Positions 45,206 to 60,368 are shown, numbered from the stretch's first letter. The stretch is DNA of 64,000 nucleotides from Eledone cirrhosa (GCA_964016885.1 OZ024742.1:248372001-248436000), one strand, 5' to 3'. The notes: a model not told the origin generated them from the letters alone. Numbers and translations are program-made.

Positions 45206-46257
45206 ATGGAGAAAAACACTGTTAAAGTGAAAGATTATTAAACAGAAACCGAAAAAGAGAGAGAGCTGGAGAGAGAGGGAAAGTGAGAAGGAAAGGGGGT
45301 AGAAGATAAAGAATTAGCCCAGTAAATGTTTTCTGTAGAAACCAGAGGAGAAAAGCAAGTGTAATCAATAAAACTGTAAACATATTGCCAAGAAAACAAG
45401 AAGGGAAAAAAATAAAATTTAGAAAAATAAGAAGAATTTGTTTAGGTTCTCAGTAATTCATTAGAAAATCTTCCCAGAACTGACACTTTTAATTTGGAAA
45501 TGGTGGAATCATTAGAAAATGGTTGATGTCTTTGAGAATAGCGTTTGACGGAAGCTGTAAAAATTGGTCTAAATTCGGATATAATCACTGGCTATTTGTG
45601 AACAATGTAAATTTAACAAAGTGAGGCCACAAAATTTGGAGCCAACAAATATATTGTGATGAATTTATAGATGTATCTCTTCAACTTAGTTTCTGTTTGT
45701 TTATGATGAGTTTTCTCAACTGAAGGAGAAAACAAATAAACAGAATAATGCATACAAAACAAAACAATTCCAAACAAATATTCACTTAGTTTTTGTTTGC
45801 ATTTATTTTCTAGAGATATCAGTCATATATACCTCTCTTCACACCTTCCCTTTTCTAGGATTAAATCAAATGTACACCTTGAAGAATGTGTATTTCTTGG
45901 TATATTTACAAAGTAAAAAATGATTTATTTAAGGCTGGGATGTCTATAATGATATGCCTTCTCTGTTTGTGTATCGACATACATATATACATAAGTTTGT
46001 GTGTTTGTATATATATATATATATATTTATATATACGGGGTAACAGATTATTGTTATAGGTAGTCCACTTAAGTGTAGTCCAGTTATGGTACTCCGAGTA
46101 GTAGATGATATCAACGCTTGGGTAAGTTTGACTCAACAAGGCGTTTCCATAGTGATGCTGCGAGTACGCGGTAATTTCTATGTTGTAAACACTCAATTGT
46201 CAGCAATGAGATTAAAAACCTTTTTTGTATAGCAAACCGTGTCACTCTTCTTTCCTG

Positions 46258-46338
<81 letters not shown>

Positions 46339-46478
46339 CGTAGTTGTGTGTGTAAGTATTTCTATATATATACACACATACATACATATTTTATTATTGT
46401 ACACAGCTGTCTGCTTCCTTTATCTGTTCTACGGAATCATTCAACACTACTTCTGTACCTATCTATCTATCTATCTCT

Positions 46479-46547
<69 letters not shown>

Positions 46548-46550
<3 letters not shown>

Positions 46551-46827
46551 AAGGCGGGTAAAATTCCCGAGATCCATGGACGAGTTCTCTCCAGCGGTCT
46601 CTGTCCCTCATTATCACAGCCATGTCATGCGTCTCCAATAGACCAGTGTCTGTCCTTAGGGCATCAACATACTTAACCTTGGTCTTCCTCTTCTAGTGTG
46701 TCCATGTAGGGGCTCCCAAAGGAGCACTGAGTGCAATGTCAATTCTGGATGTCGGTGAGCATGTCCAGCTAACCTCAGTCTCCTCTGTGTCACATTTGAG
46801 CTGACTTTTGGGATGCTCCCATACAGC

Positions 46828-46830
<3 letters not shown>
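46548..46830 (-). mobile_element. RTE-type LINE 3' end fragment (second copy)
   Basis: Reverse complement closely matches 11158-11412 and is bounded by (TA)n on both sides. Confidence 0.75.
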
Positions 46831-46881
<51 letters not shown>

Positions 46882-47019
46882 GTGTTGAGTGATTCGGTAG
46901 AACAGATATGCAGAACAGAAAAGTTAGCTTCTTTTGCTAACTCTAATAAGAGCACCAAAAGACAACCTGGGATACTAAAGTATGAAAGAGGAGGGATGCC
47001 CTTTTAAACAAAAATGTAA

Positions 47020-47400
47020 CACCAAAATCAGTCGATTAGGAACCCATAATTATACCAATTGTAAACGGTCTGCCGGATGCAAGTGAGAGTATTGCAATGT
47101 GAGAGTATTGCACAAAACTGCTTTAAAGTATGGTACTGCTCACATATTGCATCATTTAGATACCATCCTATCAGAAGAAATATGGTTTACGCCGCCCGAG
47201 TAGGGACACTTAATGACAAGTATATACGATACAAGATAGAATGGTACATCTTGGAGTAGACGAAACCAAATGTGTTCACTTTGTATTAGTGAGAAATACA
47301 GAATATTGCATGCTTTGAATTGATCCACCAAATCTTTAAAGAATACTGTCGTGATATTCAGAGAATGACAAAACATGAATACACGCATACTCTCAGCCTA
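47020..47400 (+). pseudogene. Decayed PLE-type GIY-YIG fragment related to 57475-57990
   Basis: FKVWYCSHIASFRY..YKIEWYILE..CSLCISEKYRIL. Confidence 0.65.
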
Positions 47401-47489
47401 GATAAGTAATATCACAAACCTACAAGAACCTTAAATAACACACCGGGAGACAAACATGCATATATACTACGTTATGGAACAAACCTTAA

Positions 47490-47730
47490 TATAATTGTTT
47501 CTATTTTTGGCACAAGGCCAGCAATTACGCTACTGCATTTCCTGTGCTTTATTTTATCGACCCCGTAAAGATGATAGGCAAATTTAACATGGGCTGGATT
47601 TGAACTCAGACCGCAACATGTCGTAACTCTACGCTGCAAAGCATAACGCCCGGCCGTTTACTGGTGCTTTATTTTATCGACACCGTAAGGATGAAAGACA
47701 ATCATAACCCCGGAAGTATTTCAACTCAGA
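47490..47730 (-). mobile_element. SINE plus partial copy, same family
   Basis: Same core, diverged. Confidence 0.8.
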
Positions 47731-47867
47731 ATGCGTGGTCAAAAACTTCGAACTACGTCAAATACTGGATTTGAAACCAATGGTAGTAACGAATCCTTGT
47801 TGCCGATAGTTTTTCTATTAAATATATATATATATATTTATATATATATATATACAGTATATATACA

Positions 47868-47925
<58 letters not shown>

Positions 47926-48109
47926 CGAGGGAATTGTGCTAAGGAACCAGGTGGACCATAACGCACCAGAGTACTCAATACTTTGGCTAGTAGAGTGGGT
48001 GAAAATGTATGACCCTGACGGCAGAGCTCAAGCCGTTTCGACGGCTATTTCACGACTCAAATAGCCGTTGAAAAGGCTTGAGCTCTGCCGTCGGGGTCAT
48101 ACCTTTTCC

Positions 48110-48156
<47 letters not shown>

Positions 48157-48435
48157 TTATATACAATGAGGATTTTCTGACCTGTGGTTAAATATACACA
48201 CATGCACACACATGCACACGCACACTCACAGGCACACGAATATATCTTTCTATCAGATGGGGTGTGGTAAAAACCACCCACATCATAACCCACCAGAGTA
48301 ATCGATACTTGGGGTAGTAGAGTGGGTAATATGAAAAGTTTCAGGACCCAACGGCTGAGCTCCGCTCGTTTCAACAGCTAGTTCGGATCTAGCTGTCGAA
48401 ATGGCCGCAGCTCAGCCGCCGGGATCCTGCATCTG

Positions 48436-48468
<33 letters not shown>

Positions 48469-48489
48469 TATATATATATATATAAAGGA

Positions 48490-48703
48490 ACTATCGACTT
48501 TCGTCAAATCGGACCGAGGGAACAATGTTTCCGTTGGTCTTTCCAGTTGCTAATACTATCTATCGGTCGCAACTCCAGGTAGAAGGAGCAACGTGAAATA
48601 AAGTGTCTTGCTCAAGGACATAACGCATCGCCTGGTCCAGGAGTCGAACTCACAACCTTACGATTGCGAATCCAATTCTCTAACCACTCAGCCACACGCC
48701 TTC
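48490..48703 (-). mobile_element. tRNA-derived SINE, second family (CORE/V-like GTCCTTGAGCAAGACACT)
   Basis: A box TGGCTGAGTGG and B box GAGTTCGACTCC on the minus strand. Relatives at 24950-25170, 52060-52170 and 60760-60880. Confidence 0.8.
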
Positions 48704-49000
48704 ATATATATATATATATATGGAAAATAATGAAACGAAATTTCATTTCTCACTCTTAGTACGGCTGATACTTAAATGTAAGTATGTATGTATACGTACA
48801 TACATATATGTATACAGACGTACAGTAGTATGTATATATATATACATACATGCACACACATATATATATGTACGTATGGGTTCACCGAACATTCATGTTA
48901 ATGTTCGGTTTGTTTGTTTGTAAACAAAGACACATCCCGAATTACGCCGTACAGTGTTCATGCAATCATCGTCGCCTTTTTGTTCAACACTGACACAGGA

Positions 49001-49043
49001 ACGATGTACTAGTTTCAAGCTTATTAGCTATCGTCAGCATCGT
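49001..49043 (-). ncRNA. Minimal type I hammerhead motif
   Basis: ACGATG-CTGACGA-t agct aata agct t-GAAA-ctag-TA^-CATCGT. Confidence 0.85.
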
Positions 49044-49457
49044 ATACCTTCCTGCCAGATGATTGAACGTCTGAAAGTATATACTTTCCTCATGCATATT
49101 AACGGCTTAGCAGCCTAATTTGCATATCGAGTGAGTTAGTCGGCCGGGCGTACCGAATATATATATATATATATATTTATTTATGATTTTCCCAACTATA
49201 GCTAAACATTTACGATTCGATAGTATATGGCAATAGAATTGGATATAATTTAGTTGGAATCTATATCTTCGGTGGCGGGGTTTTTATTTGATTGAAATCG
49301 GGTACGTGAGGTGAAGGGAATAATGTGAGATGACTAACCGGGAGAACCTGTTTCTCATTTGCATCCTCTTCAATTAAAGTACGCTCGATCTGTGAATCAA
49401 ATTAATGCCACGCCCCTGAGAAGATCGATTTGTAGCAATATTTTAAATTATATATAC

Positions 49458-49514
<57 letters not shown>

Positions 49515-50012
49515 TACTTTGGGAGGGTCATGTTTCAATAAGAAACACACGCACCAGTCGCTTTCATTTCAATTTATTATAAATTAAATTATAAATTTAA
49601 AAAAGAAATTTATAAATTTCCGGTTGGTTGGTTGGTTCCACAGCCGGACGGTTGTTCATATATTGTCAAAGTTCTTTCGTCACGCATTATAATAAATTGA
49701 AGTGAAAGCTTGTGGTGCGTGTGTTTCTTATTGGCATGACCCTCCCAAAGTATAACAACATCGGTTTCAAGACACGTTTTCAGGTAAAGGATCTTGCTAA
49801 ACAAATTCAGCAACGAAATATATATGTATATATATATAGAGAGAGAGAGAGAATTCACAGGAATCAAAGCTATGTTCAAAACATTTACTCACGTACAACT
49901 GATGTTCTTACATTGAGCTCTTTATCTTACTGGTAATAAGGTAGTAATAAATTACTGACCTTCCCTATTTATGGTTTAAAATATACATAACTATAAATAG
50001 TATCCTTAACAT

Positions 50013-50077
<65 letters not shown>

Positions 50078-50222
50078 TTTGAGTTTATGTTGGTTGTATA
50101 CCAACACCTCAGTATGCAGGCTGGAGCACTCGACGAAATGCGCAGGTTGGTTTGGTTACTCTGGAGTAGTGTAAAATAAAGTTAAATAAAATTCAAATGA
50201 TTAAAATTTAGCTTCGTTTATT

Positions 50223-50277
50223 ACTGCTATATATATTTCAGTGACAGCCATCTTTGGCTGTGACCTCTTCAGGCAGT
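50223..50277 (-). ncRNA. Hammerhead, same family as 16669 (left palindrome arm)
   Basis: Reverse complement of 50330-50384. Confidence 0.85.
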
Positions 50278-50329
50278 TTGAATTAGTATGGTATAGACAA
50301 ATACATATGTCTATACCATACTAATTCAA

Positions 50330-50384
50330 ACTGCCTGAAGAGGTCACAGCCAAAGATGGCTGTCACTGAAATATATATAGCAGT
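50330..50384 (+). ncRNA. Hammerhead, same family as 16669 (right palindrome arm)
   Basis: ACTGC-CTGAAGA-ggtcacagcc aaagat ggctgtcact-GAAA-tatata-TA^-GCAGT. Confidence 0.85.
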
Positions 50385-51477
50385 AATAAACGAAGCTAAA
50401 TTTTAATCATTTGACTTTTATTTAACTATATATATATATATATATATATACGGAGAGAGAGAGTTTTATTGATATATATTTATATTTTGATATATATATA
50501 CACATATATATATATTAGGAAAATATATATATTAGGAAAATCTGTTCAGGCGAACATTAATTCAAATGCATACATATCTCTAACTCTGTGTGTATGTGTG
50601 ATGGAGGGTGGTGCCGCCATTGTGTGTCTGTCTCAGTTTTGTTGAGGACTAACACATACGGAAAACGCTATAAATGACAAAACATTGGTTCTAGAAATAC
50701 TTCTTATGCTCAGGCAATTGTGTCTTCCAGGAATTGGATTTCTGTAAATAGTTACAATATTACAATAAAGACGCAGAGACACTGGCATTCTCATACACAC
50801 ATATACACACTCACTCGCATTAACATATACACACATATATATACACAGACAAATTATACACGCATATATTGTGTCGTTAATTATGAAATGTGTAGACATT
50901 TGTAGGAAAAAGAGAAATTTCTACAAATTTCATATTTGATGACCCAATATATTTATACATATATACGTATGAATGTATATACGCATAAACAAAAACACGC
51001 ATATGTATGTTTGTGTGTGTGTGAGTGTGTGGGTGTGTTTGTGTGTGTGCCTGCGTGTTCAAGCATATTAATTTAATTTATTTCGCTTGAGGCAAAAAGG
51101 TTTGAAAATTTCCATTATTGCTACAGCAGCTATTTCGTAGCCAGCCTTATATGCTTGAAAACGTACAATAATAACATGTGAAAATGGCAAAGTGATTACA
51201 TAAGATGTTAGACACCTTTGGTTTTTAGTCTGGGTATTTGACTGATTTTCCGCTTGATGTATAAAACTATGTCGTGCTATGTGCCTGAGAAGGGTAATCA
51301 CTCTCCAGTTTCGGAATTTTCTGATGGCATCTCCATGGGATTGGCACCTAGAAAGTTTCCCTCAAAAGTTTGTGCATGATTGTTTGTCTAAGACTAGCAG
51401 CCGCCTATGCACACTAGTCTGGTAGCAGTGACTTCGGAACTCATTTCTACAGCTGAGTAAACTGGAGCAACATCAAA

Positions 51478-51866
51478 CAATTGCTTCTAATTTTGGTACA
51501 ACGCCAGCAATTACTCCAGTGCATTACTGGTACTTTATTTGATCGACCCCTTAAGGATGAAAGGCAAAGTTAACCTCGGCCGCATTTCAACGCAGACCAT
51601 AAAGTGCCGTATCTCTTTGCTGCGAAGCATGGTGTCCGACCCTCTACCGATACTGCCAATCCACCGCCCTGAAATAATTTTTTCTACTTTTGGCACAAGG
51701 CCAACGATTACTCCAGTGAATTACTGGTACTTTATTTTATCGACCTCATAAGGAGGAAAGGCAAAGTTAACCTCGGCGAGATTTGAACTCAGAATGGCAA
51801 GGGGCGTAACTCTATGCGTGAAAGCATGGTGTCCGACGTTCTACCGATACTGCCAATTCACTGCCC
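51478..51866 (-). mobile_element. Two tandem SINEs interrupting an older tRNA-derived SINE
   Basis: Two cores. The flanks (CTGAGTAAACTGGAGCAAC ... ATGAAATAATGTCTCTTGCTCAA) belong to the second SINE family. Confidence 0.8.
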
Positions 51867-52475
51867 CGAAACATGAAATAATGTCTCTTGCTCAATAATG
51901 TGTCAACGAATTGAAGTCACAACTCACGATTGCAAGTCCAACTCTTTACACACACACAAACACACATATATGTACGTATATACATACACATATATGTGGG
52001 ATGGTGTTGTGTGTGTGTATATGTGTGTTTGTGTGTGTGTGAGTATGTATGTGCGAAGTCAATTGTTTTAGAGGTTAGAGCGTTGGGCTTGCAATTGGGA
52101 GGTTGCGCGTTCAATTATCGGAGAAGGTGATGTATCCTACAGAACGACACGTTATTTAATCTTGCTCCAGTTTCTATATATAAATATACATATTAATATT
52201 TGTATATTGACAAGTATATGAATGTATGTATAGTATATTTGGTAATATACTGCATGTTTAATTAAAAACATTTTGAAGACTATTCGTTATATGACTTACT
52301 TATTCTCGGCAAAAGCAAAGGAGAGTAATCGACAGTCCTGTATACATCGCTGTTTCAGAGCACCATTACTAATATATATATGTAGATGTGTGCGGGGGGG
52401 GGGGATATGTGTATGTGTATATATATGTGTGTGTGTGTGTGTGTGTGAGTGTGCGTATGTATATATATATATATA

Positions 52476-53236
52476 TGATGAGAAACGTGTCCCGCATGTG
52501 CAACCCCGAAGAACTAGAGAGACACATACGATACTTCATCCACCGTATGCTGTTCTCTGGTTACAATCAGAGAGATAAAATCAGAGTGTATAGAGGAGCC
52601 AGAACCAAATGTGAAAAAATGGTAAATAATGACACAAATGGGACCTGCCCCTTTTATAGGAGCAAATTTCGGAATAGAATAGAAAGAACTAGGAATAAGG
52701 CTAATAGAATAAACTCATGGTATGATAGCAATAAATACCGGAGTGTGATGTTCATCGATACAACCCCTAGAAGTGAATTAGCTTACAAATTTAGAAGGGC
52801 CCTAGACAAACATAAACTCAATATTAAGATAGTAGAAAGACCAGGTACCTCTGTAAAAACATTTATTAGCAAGACATACCCTTTTCAAAGACCCCCCTGT
52901 ATAGAAAAGAAATGTATAACCTGTAAATTAAGCCCCCATATTAACTGTAAAACTAGAAATGTAGTATATAGCATAAGATGTACTGAAGGACAATGTAGAG
53001 ACAAAAATATAGTGTACATAGGTGAGACAGCTCGTAGTGTAGGAGAACGGATAAATGAACACTGGCGAGACCTTCAAGATAGTAAAGAATCATCTGTACT
53101 CTACCAACATGCTAAAATAGAACATAAGGGTAAATTAGAGAACATAGAAATAAAAGTAGAATCTACACACAGAAAAGACGCAATGTTTAGACAAATCACA
53201 GAGGCAATAAACATTAAAAAATTACAACCAAAATGA
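52476..53236 (+). CDS. 5'-truncated Penelope-like element ORF: RT C-terminal linker, Cys motif, GIY-YIG endonuclease
   Basis: CIEKKCITC..NCKTRNVVYSIRC..VYIGETARSVGERINEH..RQITEAINIK. Open frame begins right after a (TA)n run; the upstream part of the 52388 ORF is microsatellite. Confidence 0.85.
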
Positions 53237-53735
53237 AATAGAAAATTTGAGTGGAACAGCAACATCACAACTTACAATTAAGGACAAAATGAAAACACAC
53301 ACGCACATAGAACAAAAAACCAACCTGTAACATGTAAATAAACAAATACATAAACGAATATAAACACACACAGACACTCGGATGTGGCACATGTGCAGAC
53401 TGATCACACAACACACAGACAGAAACAAAATGGCGTAGGACAGAACAAAGGAGAGGCACAAAAACAAAGAAAAGAATCCCCAGTCACTGAAGTGGTCACA
53501 GAATGTGTGACGAAAGAACTTTGACAATATATAAACAACCATCTGATTATGGAACCAACCAACCAACCGGAAAATTATAAATTCCTCAATTTATAAATTT
53601 ATTATAATAAATTGAAGTGAAAGCAACTGGTGCGTGTGTTTCTTATTGGCAACATGACCCTCCCAAAGTATAACAATATCGGTTTCAACACACGTTTTCA
53701 GATAAAGAATCTTGCTAAACAATTTCAGAAACGAT
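53237..53735 (+). mobile_element. PLE 3' UTR/pLTR region with degenerate hammerhead
   Basis: Follows the GIY-YIG ORF. Related pieces recur at 4200-4290, 18810-18900 and 49510-49820. Confidence 0.7.
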
Positions 53736-54004
53736 ATATATATATAGCTTTTACTTATTTTTGTATTTGGCATGCTTTAATGTGTTTTTTTGATATTTTG
53801 ATTTTGTGTTATTCCTTATGAAGAGCAAATATCCGTTACGTTGACTATGTAACTTATTCTTCCCCCACCAAACGTAAAACTTATACAATTCGAGGTATTG
53901 CATTCTCGTTTCATCTCGTTAGTTCATTTCCTGTCTTCTCTCTCTCTCTCTCTCTCTCTCTGTATATATATATATAGAAAGAGAGAGAGAGAGATAGAGA
54001 TAGG

Positions 54005-54038
<34 letters not shown>

Positions 54039-54059
54039 GGGGGAGAGAGAGAGAGAGGG

Positions 54060-54090
<31 letters not shown>

Positions 54091-54361
54091 GAGAGTGAGA
54101 GAGAGAGAGAGTTACGTAGGTAGATAGATGTTACAAAACCCCATAATAATTTCTAGGATATTTGTGTCGACAATCTGGTTTAAATATAAAAAACAGGGAA
54201 TTCTAGTCATATGACACTGGAACCTAATTAATATGGAATTATAGTAAAATTATTTTTAAAAAAATACACATACACACACATATATATATGTATAATTCAT
54301 ATATACACACAAATACAGACACATAAATATATTTATTTATATTTTTAATTATATGTATATG

Positions 54362-54485
<124 letters not shown>

Positions 54486-54540
54486 GATATTCAATAAATG
54501 GTAACTATAAATGGAAACTATATTTATAAAACCATATTTA

Positions 54541-54600
54541 TTTTATTATATATACTTCAAGAGTACCAAGACGACATTGGTACGCTTTCATCAGATAAAA
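54541..54600 (-). ncRNA. Degenerate hammerhead (GAAG); relative at 4995-5050 (+, GAGA)
   Basis: TTTTAT-CTGATGA-aagcgtaccaa..ttggtactctt-GAAG-tatata-TA^-ATAAAA. Confidence 0.72.
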
Positions 54601-54718
54601 TACAAAGTTTGTTTTATAAATAGAGACATACCCATGGTAAACATACCTTATCGGTTGGAAATTCACTGGATACATTTATGTTTGTCGGACTTCCAACAAA
54701 TTGAATACCACTTCTACT

Positions 54719-54766
<48 letters not shown>

Positions 54767-54805
54767 AAATTTACGAAATGGAAATGCGGGTATATAGAAT
54801 TTATT

Positions 54806-54922
54806 AGGTAACAATTGTTTCTATTGTGTATGAGTTACCTATACCTCGCTAATTGAATAATACACAAATATTATCAAAAACCGAAAGTACACTGTAAGCC
54901 AACACACCATGTCATCAGACCT
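54806..54922 (-). ncRNA. Hammerhead motif with long stem II domain
   Basis: AGGT-CTGATGA-catggtgtgt...atacacaata-GAAA-caattg-TT^-ACCT. Confidence 0.65.
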
Positions 54923-55311
54923 TTGTATTAGAATGATATGAAAATATTTTATACACTAGATAAAAGATAAAGAAGGAGGTAGGAAAAGAAGGGGAAGAGG
55001 GAAGTGAGTAAGGTGGAGGGAGTCTTAGGGTTTAAGACTGTCAGACTAGTAGAGATTGTGAAGAGAGAATGTTTTGGCAGCAGTTAGCTTAATGAGGCGT
55101 GCTAAGGTTGGCTGGGAAGTAGATACTTCTAGTGGTGTTGTTCGGACAAAATTTAGTTAGAGGGGTCAAAGTGGTACAATGTCACAGACAAGTTATTAGG
55201 GCTATTATATATATATATATATAAGTAGAAGTGGTATTTAATTTGTTGGAAGTCCGACAAACATAAATGTATCCACTGAATTTCCATATATATATATACA
55301 TATATATATTT

Positions 55312-55560
<249 letters not shown>

Positions 55561-56422
55561 TGTATATATAAATATATATATATATATGTATATATATATA
55601 TGTATATGTACATACATACATATATTTCTCTAATATTTTGTGCAGTCGATTGTATAATTCATTAACAATTTATTTAAATTTGTCGGTTTTCACTTCGAAA
55701 TGATTAAACCACCGAAATAGATTCGATAAATGAAATCAATTACGGTGTCTATCTTTATTACAATTTAATGCACAGACCATTATTTTTATTTATATTTCAG
55801 ACAAAAAAAAAATCACTGAATAATTGATTTCGAAAATTTAATTTAACTTGAAATTATCTTTTTACCTCTCTCTAGTCCATATTGCACACTACACACCGTT
55901 TCTTGATTATCCGCATTCAGCCTCTACCTGCATATATGTATATGATTATGATTTTCTTGTTAATTTATGCTTAACCACATGTGTATAAACATATGCATAT
56001 ACATACATATACACGCAGATACCACCGCACACACAAACACATACGTTTAGAGATATGTGTACTCACGCATCTATGTGGGTATGTATACACTGACATACTC
56101 ACACATAGTGACAAATACACACACACACACACGCACATTTATATTTATATATATATAAATATATAATATATGTGTGTGTATGTGTGGGTGTATATATATA
56201 TATATATAAATCATATTAGAGTTTTATTTCTCGCCCTAGTGCAGCTAATACGTAAATCTAAGTATGCACAGGTACACACACATATATAGATACACAAACA
56301 TATATACATATATATATGTGCGGCTTTTCATATATATATATATCACGATAAATTAACGGAGGCATAGGCCCTCGCTATTCCCTGTAAACAATGTGCTCTC
56401 TCTGGTGTGTTACATTTTCAAC

Positions 56423-56464
<42 letters not shown>

Positions 56465-56669
56465 TATTGAAGTTTCCGTTGAAAATTGAAAATGTCATAG
56501 GAGTGAAGAGTGCTCTATGTAAGTTACAGAGTTAAATTTAATGTATAATAAACAATACAATGTTTGGAATTAATTCCAATTTGCAACATACTTTTCGGTC
56601 TCCATTCATTATTTTGGGATAAACATGGTAAACACAGAAACACACACACGCACACACACACACACACAC

Positions 56670-56759
<90 letters not shown>

Positions 56760-56760
56760 A

Positions 56761-56828
<68 letters not shown>

Positions 56829-57474
56829 GTATAATAAACAATAAAATAATAAAATATAATTACCTCATTACCAGAGGTTTCCCGAATAATACGAATACAA
56901 GAAACGTCCGCATTCGTTTGTCAGATTAATTTAAAACAGTGAAATATTTGAAAAATCTTCTCAAGAAAGGCAAAAGTTTAACGGGCAAAAATATATATAT
57001 AAATAAAAGTAATGCAAGAGATATTGAAAATAAAATAAGGAAATATCGTAAGGGTATGTGTATAAATGTGTATATATGCACCTACAAATGTACATATGTG
57101 TGTATGTACAAATGCATGTGTATAGTGAAAAAATGTGTGCGTAAATATATGCATGAGGGCAAGCATATTAGTGTATGTGTGACCAGAAATACGTATATAA
57201 TATATGTTGAAAAAGGAATTGTAAGGTAATAGAGTTAGCGTACATACAGACTCAGGGACTAATGATTGAGATATATACACATACAAGGATGAAAGGACCC
57301 ACGCGTATAAACATACACACACGCGCAACCACATATATGTATGTGATATATACAGGCAAGGGAGTGTATCAGTCAAAGCAGTGTCAGACTGAGCTCTTAG
57401 ATAAACATTCCTAGAGCTCTTAGATAAACATTTCCCTAGAACACATAGATATTATAAGATCTTCAATAGAAACT

Positions 57475-57990
57475 GTGTCAAAATCAGCTATTCCTGCGGT
57501 CCCCCTATTAAATCTTATATCCTCAATAAGAAAATACCCAGAGAACATCAAAATTGCTCCCGTAGAGTCAAAAGTGAATGCCCATTACAAGGTAAATGCA
57601 ACAAAAAAAGCCAGTGTATATAAGGCTAAAGTGACAACCACCAGCAACAACCTACCAGCCACCAGCGAACGATATGTGGCTATGACACAAGACAAATTCA
57701 AAACGCGTTATTACTCACATGTCGCATCTTTCCGACATCCTGAAAAAAGATTTACAACAGCTCTGTCTAGCAGAATATGGGATTTGAAAGACCAAGGTAT
57801 CCAATATAAATTAGATTGGTTAATTTTGAACCAATCTAAAGAATATACAAGAGGAACAATAGAAGCGTACTCTGCATAAGCGAAAAATATTGGATTTTAC
57901 AGAACGTAAATTACCAAAATCCTGCCTAAATGCAAAATCAGTAATTTTCACCAGTTGCCCACACATGAAATCACACTTGCTTTCCAGGTC
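57475..57990 (+). pseudogene. PLE-type GIY-YIG endonuclease fragment
   Basis: VYKAKVTT..YVAMTQDKFKTRYYSHVASFRH..TALSSRIWDLKD..YKLDWLIL, then frameshifted LCISEKYWIL. Confidence 0.75.
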
Positions 57991-58468
57991 ATATAAACTT
58001 AACTCACTATCAAATACTTATCCTCCATAAACTCTTGTTCTTCACTTTCCTTAACTTACTTTCTTTAAAGAATTCTCTTTCTGATTTACTTTTATTTTTA
58101 TTTTTAAATTTATTTTTCATTCATTTCCACTAGTGACCGCCCCCCCCCCCCCGATTTTTGATTCACCTACTTTATATCTTCACAATTTTACATATTTTAC
58201 TTCCCCCTTTTCTTTCACTCACTGATATCACATGTCCCTAGTGTTTTCAACCATCATTGTTGTCCCTCAGCCGTTTTTATGTATGTTTACTTGCGTATAA
58301 TGTGTACCCATTTATTCATACGGCTGGTTTTTATATATGTATGTATGCGTGTATGTGTGCATATATGTGTATACGTGTTTGTATATGTATACGAATGCAT
58401 TCGTATGTGCGCGTCTATGTGTATATGTGTGTGTGTGTATGTGTGCTTTTACATCTATGTTTGTTACA

Positions 58469-58544
<76 letters not shown>

Positions 58545-59529
58545 GAGAAGAAAGAAGAATACTGCGTGGTTGCACATGGGTTACATATGATAAAAATAGT
58601 CCTTCGTCAGTGATTTTCCAACCATCATTGGTATTTCATCGCATTAAAAATCATATACCTCAGGTTGGTGCGAGCAATAACTAAAAATGTTATTGGGACC
58701 AGTAAATCGCGTAAAGCGAGGGGGAGAAGTAAAGAACATAGAAGAATAAAAGCAAACCAAAGATAGGAAAATAAACAAGCAACATGGTTGTCCGGTCAGA
58801 ATAACCTGGGTGGATTTCATGAGCGTGATATATATATATGGTCGCGTGCGTGCGTGTGCTTAGATGTGCATGTATGTATATATTCGTGTATCGTGTGTAT
58901 GTATGCGTGTTTTTGTATGTATGTACGCATGTATATGTTTTTGTCTGTACGTATATATATATTTATATATATATATATATATATATATGTGCGTACGAAC
59001 TTCTGCATGTTTTCTACTTTTTATTTAGTTTTTCTAGTGTTACTTTATAATTGATAATCCCTCCCACTTACTTTCTCTTAGATTTAATTTTTATTCTTAT
59101 ATATTATTTCCTTAATTTTTCATATTTTATATTTTTATATCTGTATCGATCTTCAGTCTGACACTGCTTTGACTGATACACTCCCTTCCCTGTATGTATG
59201 TGGTTGCGCGTGTGTGTATGTTTATACCGTGTTTATATCCTTTCATCTTTGTATGTGTATTTATCTCAATCCCTAGTCTCTGAATCTGTATGTACGCTAA
59301 CTCTATTATCTACAGTTCCTTTTTCAACATTTATTATATACGTATTTGTGGTCACACATACACTGATATGCTTGCCCTCATGTATGTACTTACGCACACA
59401 TTTTTTCAGTATATTTCATTTTATTTTTATATATCTCTTGCATTACTTTTATTTATATATTTGTTTGGCCCGTTAAACTTTTGCCTTTCTTGAGGAGATT
59501 CTTCAAATATTTTACTATGTTTTAAATTG

Positions 59530-59597
59530 CCTTGTCTGACGAACGAATGCGGACGTTTCTTGTATTCGTCTTATTCGGGAAACCTCTGGTAATGAGG
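59530..59597 (+). ncRNA. Type I hammerhead motif; degenerate inverted copy near 56863-56927
   Basis: CCTTGT-CTGACGA-a cgaatgcggacg..cgtcttattcg g-GAAA-cctctgg-TA^-ATGAGG. Confidence 0.8.
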
Positions 59598-59623
59598 TAA
59601 TTATATTGTATTGTTTATTTTAC

Positions 59624-59760
<137 letters not shown>

Positions 59761-59848
59761 TTGTCTGTGTTTACCATGTTCATCCCAAAATAATGAGTGA
59801 AGACCGAAAAGTATATTGCAAATTGGAACTAACATCATATCTCTCACC

Positions 59849-59887
<39 letters not shown>

Positions 59888-60132
59888 ATGTGTGCATAAA
59901 TGCATTAACAGCCACAATAACACACACACACATATATATGTAAAGATATATAAACACGGGTATATATATGCAATATTAATTATGTACCAATCCGTCATGT
60001 TTACTCAGTTGGATACAAATATGTTCGCTTTAGTATGTTTTTTCGTCTCGAGCATTTTCCATCTGCATTCTTATGTAGACACAAGGAAAATGAACGCTTC
60101 GACAACGTATGATGATGTGATAGTATTACTAA

Positions 60133-60210
<78 letters not shown>

Positions 60211-60306
60211 CAGCGGCAGCAGCAGCAGCACAGCATCGTTATGTGGTCCTTCTGATACTTTTTGACGTTTTATTTGTTTATGTTGAAGCATCTTCGTTTG
60301 CATGTG

Positions 60307-60368
<62 letters not shown>

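Noticed and set aside
48620-48703. tRNA-like A and B boxes
   Set aside because: SINE head with no complete cloverleaf.
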